This document shows positions 8,493-18,534 of a DNA stretch of 64,000 bases, piece by piece (the first letter of the stretch is position 1; every line of letters begins with the position of its first letter). Position numbers and translations under genes: made by a program. The stretch lies in IMG/VR virus record IMGVR_UViG_3300034200_001185, positions 69,534-133,533 of that record; one strand, written 5' to 3'. A model generated the notes under the pieces. That model made no database searches. It was not told where the DNA came from and worked only from the letters and a program-made list of their open reading frames with translations. The DNA is from a virus.

Positions 8493-9802
8493 TAAACTTT
8501 ATAACACCTTCGGTACTTTCACCAAAAAACATAAGAACGCTAGCGATAGATTCTTCTAAATTATCATCGGATGTAAGTAATGGATTTGTACGTAGACCTA
8601 TAAACGGTATATCTATTAAACCAGATACATACGCATGTATTTTGTATAACGGCGCTATAAACACCAGCTCGCCTATTAAAAAGGATAAGTACGATCACAA
8701 CTTACTTGTACAACAATTTAGTTTAAGCCGTACTGAGAAGAGTCAAGTAATCGAAACATTTGATGGGCATTACGTTTATTTCTTTGGCGAGAGAGCACCA
8801 AATGCATCCGTAAGTGCGTTACTACTCGATACCGAAACATTCGAATGGTTTCAGCAATTCGATATGAACTACGAAAAGGTTTACCGAGGTACTCAAAACG
8901 CAACACGTAAAGCGCCAATCTCGATTGTTATTGATGGCTTACAACTCGTTGGATATATTACTAACGTAAGTTACTCTCAAAGTGCTACGCAAGATCCATA
9001 CATGGTAAACATGAACTTTAATATGATCGTAGAAAAAATAGTACACTTGTCGGATATAACTGCGGTCAAGGTAAATAAAGTAGATTCGGATAAAGAATCC
9101 GTGCTGAGAAAACTATCTAGCCAAAATCAGCTATCAAACGTTTTATCAAATAAATTTAAAAGCGTAGCAGATGAGATAGCATTCCTAGCAAACGCAGGAC
9201 AGTTAAAGAGTAGCGACCCTGTTCAGACCAAGTTACAAGAAATCGTCAATGATTATAGAAATAAAAATCCCGCACCTACATCTTACTTCGAAGCGTATCC
9301 AAACGAGTACTTGTCAGGCAAGTTTGGAAATTTAACAAACGCATCTGACTTTGATGTAATTATAGAATACGCAGATAATATTACCGCAGCGAAGGATTTA
9401 GATTTCCTATCAAAAATTGTAAGCACGAATAGAGTAGCGGAGCTTACCGAAGAGTATAAGATGCAAGCCAACTTGGTAAACCAACAATCAGAAAACGTTG
9501 GTTTGTATATTGACTCCGTAATACAAGATCAAACCGCAGTAGACATTATAGGAGATTTATTTGGTAGCGGTGTAACTGCTGACTCATTACTACGATCAAA
9601 ACAATCTGCAAGCATGGCAGCGTCTCTTTCGTTATACGGCCTACAAACACTTACATCAAACTTAAGCGAAGCAGTCGACTTCCTTGACAATACGCTTACT
9701 AGTGTTAGAGTATACGCGCTTGGAACCGTTGAAGGGATATTTGGACCGGATCGCGAAGTACAAGAGGATCAGATAAATACAAATCTCGGAGAGTTTATAT
9801 GA
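8471..9802 (+). CDS. putative baseplate tube-initiator/distal-tail-fold protein (start may be 8489)
   Basis: Tube-like beta pattern (LVQQFSLSRTEKSQVIETFDGHYVYFFGER...LVGYITNVSYSQSA...NMNFNMIV); lies between tape measure and hub. Confidence 0.45.
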   Translation: MYKGYDMINFITPSVLSPKNIRTLAIDSSKLSSDVSNGFVRRPINGISIKPDTYACILYNGAINTSSPIKKDKYDHNLLVQQFSLSRTEKSQVIETFDGHYVYFFGERAPNASVSALLLDTETFEWFQQFDMNYEKVYRGTQNATRKAPISIVIDGLQLVGYITNVSYSQSATQDPYMVNMNFNMIVEKIVHLSDITAVKVNKVDSDKESVLRKLSSQNQLSNVLSNKFKSVADEIAFLANAGQLKSSDPVQTKLQEIVNDYRNKNPAPTSYFEAYPNEYLSGKFGNLTNASDFDVIIEYADNITAAKDLDFLSKIVSTNRVAELTEEYKMQANLVNQQSENVGLYIDSVIQDQTAVDIIGDLFGSGVTADSLLRSKQSASMAASLSLYGLQTLTSNLSEAVDFLDNTLTSVRVYALGTVEGIFGPDREVQEDQINTNLGEFI

Positions 9803-12189
9803 GTACGTCCTTTTTAAGAATACGATGTTTTTTAGAAGGATACGAGATACCGATCATAAGCGCATCAGTGACTGCGTCTATGAACGACATTGCAAGAGCA
9901 TCCGTAGAATTAATTGCTACGCCACAAGCATTACTCATTCGTCCTAAGACATCTATTCTTATATTCTTTCTAGAAGAAGCGGTAAGACCGCCAAATAGCT
10001 CTACGTCTGAAGTCAATAATAAGTATTATAAGTTATTCTTTTCTGGCGAGGTGCACGGTATATCGATTAATAAATCAGCCGAAGGAAGAGTGCTTACGCT
10101 AACGTGCACAGACCATTTCGAGAATTTATCGAGAGCATATACTTACTACACCGAACAGCAAGCTAGCGTATCCAATCTGATTAATACCAAAGCGTACTTT
10201 GCAGCTGCCATGATTATCCAAAATAGTATTAATCAAGCAAACTTTACGCTACTAGAAGAAGTATTCAAAGATCCGAAACCTAAGTCGATTGGGTTTACAG
10301 ACGCAAAAGGAATACTTGCTGCTATGATACGCATGATTGAATTGTACACCGGTATTATAGAACAGGGTACGACAGGTGCTAATGCGTTTTTCACACACCA
10401 ACAAAACCGACTTAAAATACTCGAACAGATTACAATAGCGTCAGAAGATTTAGCGCCTCTCAAGATATTTAAAGCAGACGTATTAGCCAACTTTGTAGGA
10501 AATACATACGGAAGACTTGGCGGACTTGTTAAAGTAATCGACGTCATTCAGATGATACTTTCGATCATAGGATACGTTAGATGTCCGAATCCATTAGCAA
10601 CTACTTTAACAGGAGGTGTTGAGAAAGAGATAAGCTTAACTCAAAAAGCAATAGATGCTAGAACATCATTTGCAGATGGTTACAGGAATAATCAAACGGT
10701 TAACGAATCTTTAAGCTCGTATTTTGGAACACCTGAAATTGCTCGAAAGATATCAAACGCAATTGATTCAGCAGACGCATTACGTATTCTGAAGGAAAAT
10801 AACGTAATAAATTCTAAAGCGTACAACTATCTATCTACTACCGTAAAAGAAAGCGATCAGTTAGAATTTCAAGTATCAATAGACGACGTTAGATCGGTTG
10901 CGACTGAGCTTTTAAATGCAAACGAATCTGATCCAAATAGGCTACCGACAGACGACTCTGGTATAAACGCAGTGTTTTCAACAATGAGTAATGTTTCTTC
11001 TACTGCAACACGTATTACATCAAGTAAATTAAATAGTACGTTAATGATGCCAGACTTCTTATACGCAGATCCGCCTAAGTGTAATATACTATTTCCTTGT
11101 ATGTACAACATGCTTAGCTTTAATCGACAAGCAGCTGACGAAACATCAAGACTACAAATGGTTACGAATCTACAAGAGTTAGCACCGAATGCTGCAGGCG
11201 TGGACGAGCTTACTTACTTTTCTCCGTCCTTTCCATTTTTAAACGGATTACAAGGTAAAAAGCTATCGGAGAATTTATCGGTAGATGAACTTGTGAATCA
11301 ACAATCGGATAACGGTAAATCGAGAGTAGGTTTAATCATGGACCACGAAATGTTTACAGGTGTTGTGCCTGAGTTTGCAAGCATGTCAAGACTCGCTATG
11401 CTAATCGATAATGGTAAAAATTACTCAGGGGAAACAACCGAAGAGGGACTTAATGGTAAGGATGATTACTTTACTCGTTACGCGGACGCTATGTTTATAC
11501 AACGTAGATTATCGCAACGTAGTATAAGTGCGTCCGGCCCATTTAATCCGTATCCAGTAGTTGGGTTTCCAATGTTAGTAATCGATCAAACAAGTCAAGG
11601 AGCAGAAACTGAGCAGTTTATAGGCGTATTACAATCGATTACTCATAGCATATCCCAATCCGGTGGATCTACATCTTACTCAGTGATATACGCAAGACCT
11701 GTTAGCCTTGCAGACGATGAGTTTTTTAAGTACATGGATAAAGATCTTCGTGAAGCTTTAAAACCGAAATGGTTAGAATCTATATACGATGTAGACAAGG
11801 TAGGAGATGTTTATTGGGAATTAATTGGTAGCGAATCTATGTTTGTTAGAGGTAAGGATCAAAACGCAGTTATTGCAGATTTACAAAAAGAGTATGATGC
11901 GTTAAGATCAGAACAACAACGTAACTCGTTTTATCTAAGAATGTGCCGAAGAGAGATATGCTCTATGCAGTTTGCAAAAGACGTATTTTTCCAAAAGCCT
12001 TTAAAAGAAGTCGATAGATTATCTACGATAACACAGGTATGCGTTGGCGGTGCGTCACAAAACTTAGCAAATCATACTGAAACTGTTTCGTACCCTAAAA
12101 ACGAATTTGAAGAAAAAGTAGACAACCAGAGAGTAAAAGCCGTAATAGATTACGCAAACTCGCTACAGACAAGGAGCTTAGTAAAATGA
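9799..12189 (+). CDS. baseplate hub protein (gp27/gpD/VgrG-like fold)
   Basis: N-term FLEGYEIPIISASVT...LFFSGEVHGISINKS...LTLTCTD; C-term GPFNPYPVVGFPMLV...FIGVLQSITHSIS...TSYSVIYAR. Confidence 0.65.
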   Translation: MSTSFLRIRCFLEGYEIPIISASVTASMNDIARASVELIATPQALLIRPKTSILIFFLEEAVRPPNSSTSEVNNKYYKLFFSGEVHGISINKSAEGRVLTLTCTDHFENLSRAYTYYTEQQASVSNLINTKAYFAAAMIIQNSINQANFTLLEEVFKDPKPKSIGFTDAKGILAAMIRMIELYTGIIEQGTTGANAFFTHQQNRLKILEQITIASEDLAPLKIFKADVLANFVGNTYGRLGGLVKVIDVIQMILSIIGYVRCPNPLATTLTGGVEKEISLTQKAIDARTSFADGYRNNQTVNESLSSYFGTPEIARKISNAIDSADALRILKENNVINSKAYNYLSTTVKESDQLEFQVSIDDVRSVATELLNANESDPNRLPTDDSGINAVFSTMSNVSSTATRITSSKLNSTLMMPDFLYADPPKCNILFPCMYNMLSFNRQAADETSRLQMVTNLQELAPNAAGVDELTYFSPSFPFLNGLQGKKLSENLSVDELVNQQSDNGKSRVGLIMDHEMFTGVVPEFASMSRLAMLIDNGKNYSGETTEEGLNGKDDYFTRYADAMFIQRRLSQRSISASGPFNPYPVVGFPMLVIDQTSQGAETEQFIGVLQSITHSISQSGGSTSYSVIYARPVSLADDEFFKYMDKDLREALKPKWLESIYDVDKVGDVYWELIGSESMFVRGKDQNAVIADLQKEYDALRSEQQRNSFYLRMCRREICSMQFAKDVFFQKPLKEVDRLSTITQVCVGGASQNLANHTETVSYPKNEFEEKVDNQRVKAVIDYANSLQTRSLVK

Positions 12190-12581
12190 ATCAACTCGAA
12201 AGACAAACTATGTGGTCAGCGTTTTCTGACGAATTTGAAAAACTTGCTACACCTACAGGAGCGCAAAGATTCGCAGTCGGATCTGGCTTAGGCGCACTAG
12301 TAGGTGGTACAGTTGGATATAAACGAGGTGAAGGCGAAACTGCAACAGACGCTATGAGACGTGGTATGCTACGTGGTATGGCTGTTGGTGGTTTGGGTGC
12401 GTATGTTGGACCTAAGATTAAAAACTATCCTAAAGCTTACGCACATGGTATTAAGCACGTAGGTGAAAACGCTGGCGCATACAAAGCACTAGGCGGTGTT
12501 GCTGCAGGTGGTGTTGCCGCGTTAGCTGCTAAGAAAGCGATCGAGAATAAGGTTCGCCAAGACATTCAAGAAGGACATTAA
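12186..12581 (+). CDS. Gly/Ala-rich hydrophobic protein, probable virion internal protein
   Basis: N-term AFSDEFEKLA followed by GxxxG-rich hydrophobic segments. Confidence 0.6.
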   Translation: MNQLERQTMWSAFSDEFEKLATPTGAQRFAVGSGLGALVGGTVGYKRGEGETATDAMRRGMLRGMAVGGLGAYVGPKIKNYPKAYAHGIKHVGENAGAYKALGGVAAGGVAALAAKKAIENKVRQDIQEGH

Positions 12582-12583
12582 CA

Positions 12584-13411
12584 ATGAATGAGTTAGAGAA
12601 GTTTCTACTTTCGGGAGTAGAGAAAAAAGCAAGCATGGATACGTTTGTATTAAATTCTCTAACTCCTATGGTAGAAGGCGTTGAGCCTGTAGTATCAGAC
12701 GCTGAGAAAAAGAACGAGCATGAACTCTGGAAGAAATGGAAAGAATCGAATTACAATCCGATGTACCTCCGTCCCTTACAAGACTCATTTAAAAATCTAA
12801 TATTCTTTCACGTAAATAAGTGGAAATCCGTAAATATACCTACTCGCTTAATACAAGCGGAGGCTGAAAAGCAATTTATAGACGGACTTAAAACTTATAA
12901 TCCAAATAAAGGTGCCGCGCTTGCTACACACTTGAACACCGTTTTAAGTAGAATGGCGAGATTTATTATTGCGCACCAGAATATGGGTCGCGTGGTAGAA
13001 GGTCGTGCGGGCAAAGCGTTTAGTAATCTTAAGACGGCTAAGAATTTATTCATAGAAGAATTCGGTAGAGAGCCAAATGCGCAAGAGCTTGCTCAAAAGG
13101 TTTCGTTTGAATACAAGCTTGCATGTACGCCAAACGATGCTAAGGCTTTCCTAAAAGAAGATCGAAGAGACTTGTCAATTGGAGACGAAGAAGCTGATTT
13201 TACATTCGAGGCTCCAGCTAATCGTATGCTACTTATGATGTTGCCTGCGGAACTTACGCTAGAAGAAAATCAAGTATTCGAAAGATTATTTGGTATTAAC
13301 GGATGTAAGAAACTTGAGAAGGGACAGATTGCGAAGCAATTACGTATACACCCGTCTAAAGTTAGTAGAATTATCGCAAGTATTCGTGAAAAGTTGGAGA
13401 AGTATCAATGA
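12584..13411 (+). CDS. RNA polymerase sigma factor, sigma70 family (FliA/WhiG/SigF-like size, regions 2-3-4)
   Basis: Region 2 (GLKTYNPNKGAALATHLNTVLSRMARFI), region 3 (FIEEFGREPNAQELAQKV), region 4 HTH (LTLEENQVFERLFG...GQIAKQLRIHPSKVSRIIASIREKL). Confidence 0.85.
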   Translation: MNELEKFLLSGVEKKASMDTFVLNSLTPMVEGVEPVVSDAEKKNEHELWKKWKESNYNPMYLRPLQDSFKNLIFFHVNKWKSVNIPTRLIQAEAEKQFIDGLKTYNPNKGAALATHLNTVLSRMARFIIAHQNMGRVVEGRAGKAFSNLKTAKNLFIEEFGREPNAQELAQKVSFEYKLACTPNDAKAFLKEDRRDLSIGDEEADFTFEAPANRMLLMMLPAELTLEENQVFERLFGINGCKKLEKGQIAKQLRIHPSKVSRIIASIREKLEKYQ

Positions 13412-14841
13412 GCTGTAAGCCGATAATAAAACCAACATACGATCTTCCTAAAAAAGAAGCGTTAGATCAGATTAAAGTAAACTTAGATTTAATCGTAAGT
13501 CAGTACAAAAGTAAGGCAAACGACTTTATTTCAAAATTTAAAAACTTGACTGGAATCGATTTAGCTCCGCAAATTGATATGACTTCGGTAAATAAGAATG
13601 ATACTTCAGAAGCTAATGAAACAGCGTCTAAGGTGCAACCGAGCGTAGCTACAAATCCTAACACGACTAAAACTACGCCATCTAAAACCGTTAAGGCTAT
13701 TACGCCTAAGCGCGATGTTTCGCCTGGCGTTGCATCGGTAACAATAAAAGGTAAAACGGCGACAGGCGAGGCTAAGGAAGTAGAATTAAAATCCGCATCC
13801 GGCGTTAATAGCGCTTGGCGAGTTAACTTTATAGTAAACAAGCTGGGCGTAGAAAACGTGGATAAAATCGGAACAACAAGTATTCCGGAATCTGAGTACG
13901 GATACAAAGTAAAATCCGATCAACCTTGGGGATATCATTGGAAAGATTGTAGACCGCCTGGATTACATTTGTCTGCAAGAAGAGCAGCAGAATGGCAAGC
14001 GATAAAAGACCCTATTCGTAAATTTGGCGATAAAAATAAAAAGGATCAAGCGTGGACAATCGAAGAAGTATTACCAATCGATAGAGACCTATACTTTGAC
14101 GCGGTTACAGCAACTACTTGGCAAAAGAGCGACGGAGATAGAGAAGAGTTTTTCGAGTGCTTGTATTTGATATATAAAGCGGAAACTTCAGAACGTTTTT
14201 CTATTCCGCAACAGAACTTCGATTTTAGACCTAAGGAAGGCGAGGTTGAAATACCGCTTTATAATCACTTTGACGAAGGACCCTTTCCACGAAGAAAGGG
14301 TGATCTTGTAATTGATACGCCTTATCGACCCAAAGATAAGACTATAATATCTGTGTGGGGAGCGTATCAATACACAGTAGATACTTGGCAAGATGACATG
14401 GAATACATGTATCCAGGACTAATCAGACAAAACCCATCTTGGGCTTACCCTTGGTTTGCTCCGATAAAGTATGAAAACGCTGCTAGACTATGGAAGGCTA
14501 AAGATATATGGGGCGAGATTAGATCGCTAGAATTACCGAATAGCCCATTTCATATGTCGCAGAAAGCCGCTGTTCTGTATATGTTTAATCATCGTCCGGT
14601 AATAAAAAACGCATTCATTACTAGGTATGTACAAATTCGTACTGAAAACGCTAACATAACTGATAGCATGGAGTTGTTCTACATTACTTGGGAAGACAAG
14701 CAAGACGGAAAGACGTCATGGCTTACAAGTTCCACACTAGAAACAGGCAAGCTAGGATACAAAATATCAAGTCCGCTATTCAACGCGGGTATAGCAATCA
14801 AAGGTTTACCACCACAATTTATACACAAGCAGGTTACATAA
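13408..14841 (+). CDS. probable tail-associated lysozyme/transglycosylase-like protein
   Basis: IYKAETS (candidate catalytic Glu) and WGAYQYTVDTW (GxYQF..TW motif of lysozyme-like folds), after a T/K/S-rich linker. Confidence 0.45.
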   Translation: MSCKPIIKPTYDLPKKEALDQIKVNLDLIVSQYKSKANDFISKFKNLTGIDLAPQIDMTSVNKNDTSEANETASKVQPSVATNPNTTKTTPSKTVKAITPKRDVSPGVASVTIKGKTATGEAKEVELKSASGVNSAWRVNFIVNKLGVENVDKIGTTSIPESEYGYKVKSDQPWGYHWKDCRPPGLHLSARRAAEWQAIKDPIRKFGDKNKKDQAWTIEEVLPIDRDLYFDAVTATTWQKSDGDREEFFECLYLIYKAETSERFSIPQQNFDFRPKEGEVEIPLYNHFDEGPFPRRKGDLVIDTPYRPKDKTIISVWGAYQYTVDTWQDDMEYMYPGLIRQNPSWAYPWFAPIKYENAARLWKAKDIWGEIRSLELPNSPFHMSQKAAVLYMFNHRPVIKNAFITRYVQIRTENANITDSMELFYITWEDKQDGKTSWLTSSTLETGKLGYKISSPLFNAGIAIKGLPPQFIHKQVT

Positions 14842-15143
14842 TGAGCGAGATTACACGAGAAGAATTTAAGACTACTAACTTATTGTTAGCGTCATTACTA
14901 GAAGCGTCCGGTGCCACAATCATTGCGATTGATATCGGAAAAAAGTTTAGTACAATTACACTAGAAGTACCTAGTTATTGTCGCGATTCACTATCATCCA
15001 AAATCGAAAGACTTGGAAGAGTTGTCGGCAGACAAGAAAGTACAGACGAGTGGAAAGACTTGTTTTCAAACACCGTGCTAGGTGATATGGAAGATAAGTA
15101 CGTAAGGCTAAAGCGTAAAATTACTCGGAGCAAAGAAAAATGA
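14841..15143 (+). CDS. small protein resembling DUF5659-type domains
   Basis: From ATG 14841 (TAATG overlap): FKTTNLLLASLLEASGATIIAI; ORF-track start 14688 is probably too long. Confidence 0.5.
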   Translation: MSEITREEFKTTNLLLASLLEASGATIIAIDIGKKFSTITLEVPSYCRDSLSSKIERLGRVVGRQESTDEWKDLFSNTVLGDMEDKYVRLKRKITRSKEK

Positions 15144-15619
15144 CGAATGAAGAGATATTGAATCTAATAGACGCAGAAGGCGAAGACAAGTTTGTCGCAG
15201 CAATGCAAGCGCTTGGGTACTATGTACAGAAGAAGCAATCTGATCCTATCGTAGATTCGTCTCTTTTAGTTACAGGAACTATTCGAATACTAGACGCTAG
15301 AGGTCATGCGCAAGTAGGTATATCCGTAATCGTTGAAACCTTACAACAAAGGCTAAAAATTACAAACACGAATGACGTTGATTACTATATCGGCGTATCT
15401 CGATCTACAAAAGCAATATCTATTACTCCAAACGGAGTTTGTAATGTTAAGCTTATTAAAGGATCACGAGTTAGAGTGTTTGTAGAAAACAGCGATATCA
15501 CACGAGAATTTATCGTACCTACATCAGACTTTGACATATTATCCGTACAAAGCGTTGCACCAGATATATACACAAACGTAATTCCCGCTTACCAATATCC
15601 AATTAGGAGCGATGTATGA
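15140..15619 (+). CDS. hypothetical structural protein
   Basis: 159 aa, beta-rich; ATGA coupling on both sides. Confidence 0.7.
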   Translation: MTNEEILNLIDAEGEDKFVAAMQALGYYVQKKQSDPIVDSSLLVTGTIRILDARGHAQVGISVIVETLQQRLKITNTNDVDYYIGVSRSTKAISITPNGVCNVKLIKGSRVRVFVENSDITREFIVPTSDFDILSVQSVAPDIYTNVIPAYQYPIRSDV

Positions 15620-16497
15620 CACCGATTACCTTGCAGCTTAGAGACGAGAATGACGCAATTGTAAATGGTACAGTAAGTATATACGATCAAGTTATGAATA
15701 GAGTCGTTCAAGAGCTAACATCTTCTGGGCAAATTACAAACGTAGAACTACCGGAAGGTAATTACTTTATTCGTGTCTACTCTACCGAAGCAACGTTTAA
15801 TCCTACTACAGTTATTGTAAACGGATTATCGGACGTCATTACTTATAAAATGATTGGGGCGTCAAACGAAGTAGATATTCCTTCAGACGCTACTATGTGC
15901 AAGGTATATGGAAGAATAATCGGATTAAACAATAAACCGGTTGTAGGTGCAGTTATTTCTATATCGAATGAAAGCGGATATGTAAATTCAGACGATGATA
16001 TACAATACCTATACGGATCTGCAATTACAGACGCAAATGGTAGAGTCGAGATGACTTTGAAGAGAAATGCGTCTTATATACTTACAGGTATTCCGCAGTA
16101 TAATATCATAGAAGATGATCTACCTAGTAGCATATACGTAACAATACCGGATCAACCGATATGTAAGTTAATTGACATTATTGCACCAATACCTTCGTTA
16201 ATTACACCTACGTATTTAGAGGTAGCATCCGGATCACTTTCGATAAATCCGGAAATTACACTAACAAACGGTACTAAGATCTTGAAAAATTTTGCAAATT
16301 ATATACAAATAAATTCCGACACAATTACCGCTAAGGTTGGTATCTCAGCGATCACCATAGACGATTTACCCGTCGGAACACACGAGTTATACTTTTATGC
16401 AAAAACCTTTCAACCGAAGAAAATCGACGCGTCGGGTATCGTCAAGAGATCTGGACTACCTAAGCTTGTCGGGCAATGCACCATCATCGCATACTAA
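15616..16497 (+). CDS. Ig/transthyretin-like (carboxypeptidase-regulatory-like) domain structural protein
   Basis: VYGRIIGLNNKPVVGAVISI...AITDANGRVEMTL...YIL and LPEGNYFIRV motifs. Confidence 0.6.
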   Translation: MTPITLQLRDENDAIVNGTVSIYDQVMNRVVQELTSSGQITNVELPEGNYFIRVYSTEATFNPTTVIVNGLSDVITYKMIGASNEVDIPSDATMCKVYGRIIGLNNKPVVGAVISISNESGYVNSDDDIQYLYGSAITDANGRVEMTLKRNASYILTGIPQYNIIEDDLPSSIYVTIPDQPICKLIDIIAPIPSLITPTYLEVASGSLSINPEITLTNGTKILKNFANYIQINSDTITAKVGISAITIDDLPVGTHELYFYAKTFQPKKIDASGIVKRSGLPKLVGQCTIIAY

Positions 16498-16894
16498 ATT
16501 TAAATTGCCGGAAGAGTACACGAAATTAGTATTGTCCGTACTCCAACGTATGATCGATGATTTAGAGTGTTATTTAACGAACACAGAAGTGCCAGAGTAT
16601 CGTAGAAATGGTACCGCAGCATTTAATTGGATATTTCAACAAAAGCAAAACGATAAACAAGTCCTATCCGTGTTTTCTATTTGTTATATGATAGGATGTG
16701 ACGTATCTGATGTGCGTCAGTTAGTACTAAAGAGGCAAGATAAAAATGATAAACTACGAGCAAGAGTTGTATGTTCCGAAGGTGAACAGTTTTCAATCGT
16801 TAAAATCAAATGTGATTCGGACTTTGTGCATGCACCCGAATCTAATTTACGGAATGACGGTGTTGAACTCGAAGAAGATTCTATCGTTGATTAA
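16397..16894 (+). CDS. hypothetical helical protein overlapping both neighbours
   Basis: Core PEEYTKLVLSVLQRMIDD...AAFNWIF...SVFSICYMIGCDVSDVR looks like a real conserved small domain; fills the 16498-16745 gap. Confidence 0.55.
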   Translation: MQKPFNRRKSTRRVSSRDLDYLSLSGNAPSSHTKFKLPEEYTKLVLSVLQRMIDDLECYLTNTEVPEYRRNGTAAFNWIFQQKQNDKQVLSVFSICYMIGCDVSDVRQLVLKRQDKNDKLRARVVCSEGEQFSIVKIKCDSDFVHAPESNLRNDGVELEEDSIVD

Positions 16895-18335
16895 TCAGTT
16901 TGAATCCTCATACGTTGTACCTACTTTAGAAAATCAATCTGAATGGGTAGCGCTAGTAGAAGTATTTTGGAACGACATTACTACTTTAATATCAGCGTTA
17001 ATTGACGTACAAAACTCGTCTCAAACATTACTCAGCTCAAACGATGCTAAATACCTAAGATCCCTCGATACATCTCTAAATATTCCGTCAAGACTTGCGT
17101 TATTGGACGGAACAGAGCAAGTATCTATACAAGCAAGTCACAACGGAAAGTTTATTATAGAACTCGTTTCTGCACCATATAGACTACATAATATGCACAT
17201 AACCGTAAACAATACGTATATAGACTTACAAAGTATTGCAAAATTAGTATCTACACGCCTTCCAGATGAGAGCGAAATCACACAACCGCTTTATATCGAA
17301 TTACTTGCAGACGAGTTAGTAACTACAATCGAAATACAAAATCCGCTTCAGCCATACGTATATACTACACTGAGCAATGATCGAATATTTTATTTAGTTG
17401 TGAAGGAATCGAGTATTGAACTTAGGCTTACAAGAAACGATCAATACCACGCATTTAAAGTAAAGCCGAATGCCACATCGATTAAATTTGGATTTACAGG
17501 ACAGTACACTCCACAAGGATCGCCAATCTATACATCTGCAAGTGAGCTTGCGTCAATATTAGGCGGAAGCGTTAGTAGAACTACAAATCTAACAAGCGTT
17601 AGTATTGTTGACGGCGTATGCGATACATCAATAAGTAGGTGCACAGCGTTCTTACTTGATAGAAATAATGAGCAAATTATAATAGACGGAAACAGAGCGT
17701 ATCACTACGCTAGTACAAGCCTAAATTATAGCGGTAATGTTCGATTGGTACACGAAAAGGTTATTCTAAATTCAGAAAGCGGAATGATATACTCAATACC
17801 AAACGACTTACTTAGCAGCGATAAGTCGGATAACATCAAAACAGACTTATCATCCGTAATCAGCACAGGCGATTTAATTATTGATATAGATCAAACAGTT
17901 GCAGAAGTATTATCAAACAACACATCGATTATTCTAGATAAAAAGATTCGCCCTAGTACATGCGTTATTCGTTTAGGCTCGTTTGATTGTTGGAAAAGAA
18001 TAGTGGACGGTATTGTAATTCCACAAATCGAGTTTCCACGTCATACTGATTCAACGACTCTTAACAATCTTCGCTATACAGCAAGCGTTATCAAATCTTT
18101 CTTAGCGAATATTAAAACGAGAATTACGAATAATCAGCTTTCGAGAAGATCCTTAATGTCAATTCTAAATCCGTTAAATGATTTACAAAGACAACACTTA
18201 GCATTTAGAGCGAATAGAGCTGCGGATATATTATTTAGCGGAGACATACAATCGTATGTTGAACTTAATGATACAAATTATAATTATGAGATCATGCTTA
18301 AATCCGTAATCGACGAAACAAAAGCGAGGTTATAA
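16746..18335 (+). CDS. hypothetical structural protein
   Basis: 529 aa; TAATG coupling downstream. Confidence 0.75.
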   Translation: MINYEQELYVPKVNSFQSLKSNVIRTLCMHPNLIYGMTVLNSKKILSLINQFESSYVVPTLENQSEWVALVEVFWNDITTLISALIDVQNSSQTLLSSNDAKYLRSLDTSLNIPSRLALLDGTEQVSIQASHNGKFIIELVSAPYRLHNMHITVNNTYIDLQSIAKLVSTRLPDESEITQPLYIELLADELVTTIEIQNPLQPYVYTTLSNDRIFYLVVKESSIELRLTRNDQYHAFKVKPNATSIKFGFTGQYTPQGSPIYTSASELASILGGSVSRTTNLTSVSIVDGVCDTSISRCTAFLLDRNNEQIIIDGNRAYHYASTSLNYSGNVRLVHEKVILNSESGMIYSIPNDLLSSDKSDNIKTDLSSVISTGDLIIDIDQTVAEVLSNNTSIILDKKIRPSTCVIRLGSFDCWKRIVDGIVIPQIEFPRHTDSTTLNNLRYTASVIKSFLANIKTRITNNQLSRRSLMSILNPLNDLQRQHLAFRANRAADILFSGDIQSYVELNDTNYNYEIMLKSVIDETKARL

Positions 18336-18532
18336 TGAAAGACTATGAGCTAGCGAGTTTAGTTGCGTCACTTGATGACATTGTAGAGCAACTAGTAGCA
18401 GACACAGTTACGCCAAACATGAGCGAAACTTTAGATCGTTGGTCAAGCGAAGTGACAAATCGCTCGCAAAGAGTTATAACGGAACTTGAACAGATACAAG
18501 AAATAGTAAGACGAATTACGGAGACGAGGTAG
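18335..18532 (+). CDS. hypothetical coiled-coil protein
   Basis: 65 aa in operon. Confidence 0.65.
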   Translation: MKDYELASLVASLDDIVEQLVADTVTPNMSETLDRWSSEVTNRSQRVITELEQIQEIVRRITETR

Positions 18533-18534
18533 TT

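Noticed and set aside
13500-13907. Antisense ORFs of 60-150 aa (for example 13500..13907, 30234..30683, 2944..3291, 45501..45773)
   Set aside because: Shadows of longer genes with recognisable motifs or operon coupling on the other strand; no RBS or operon context
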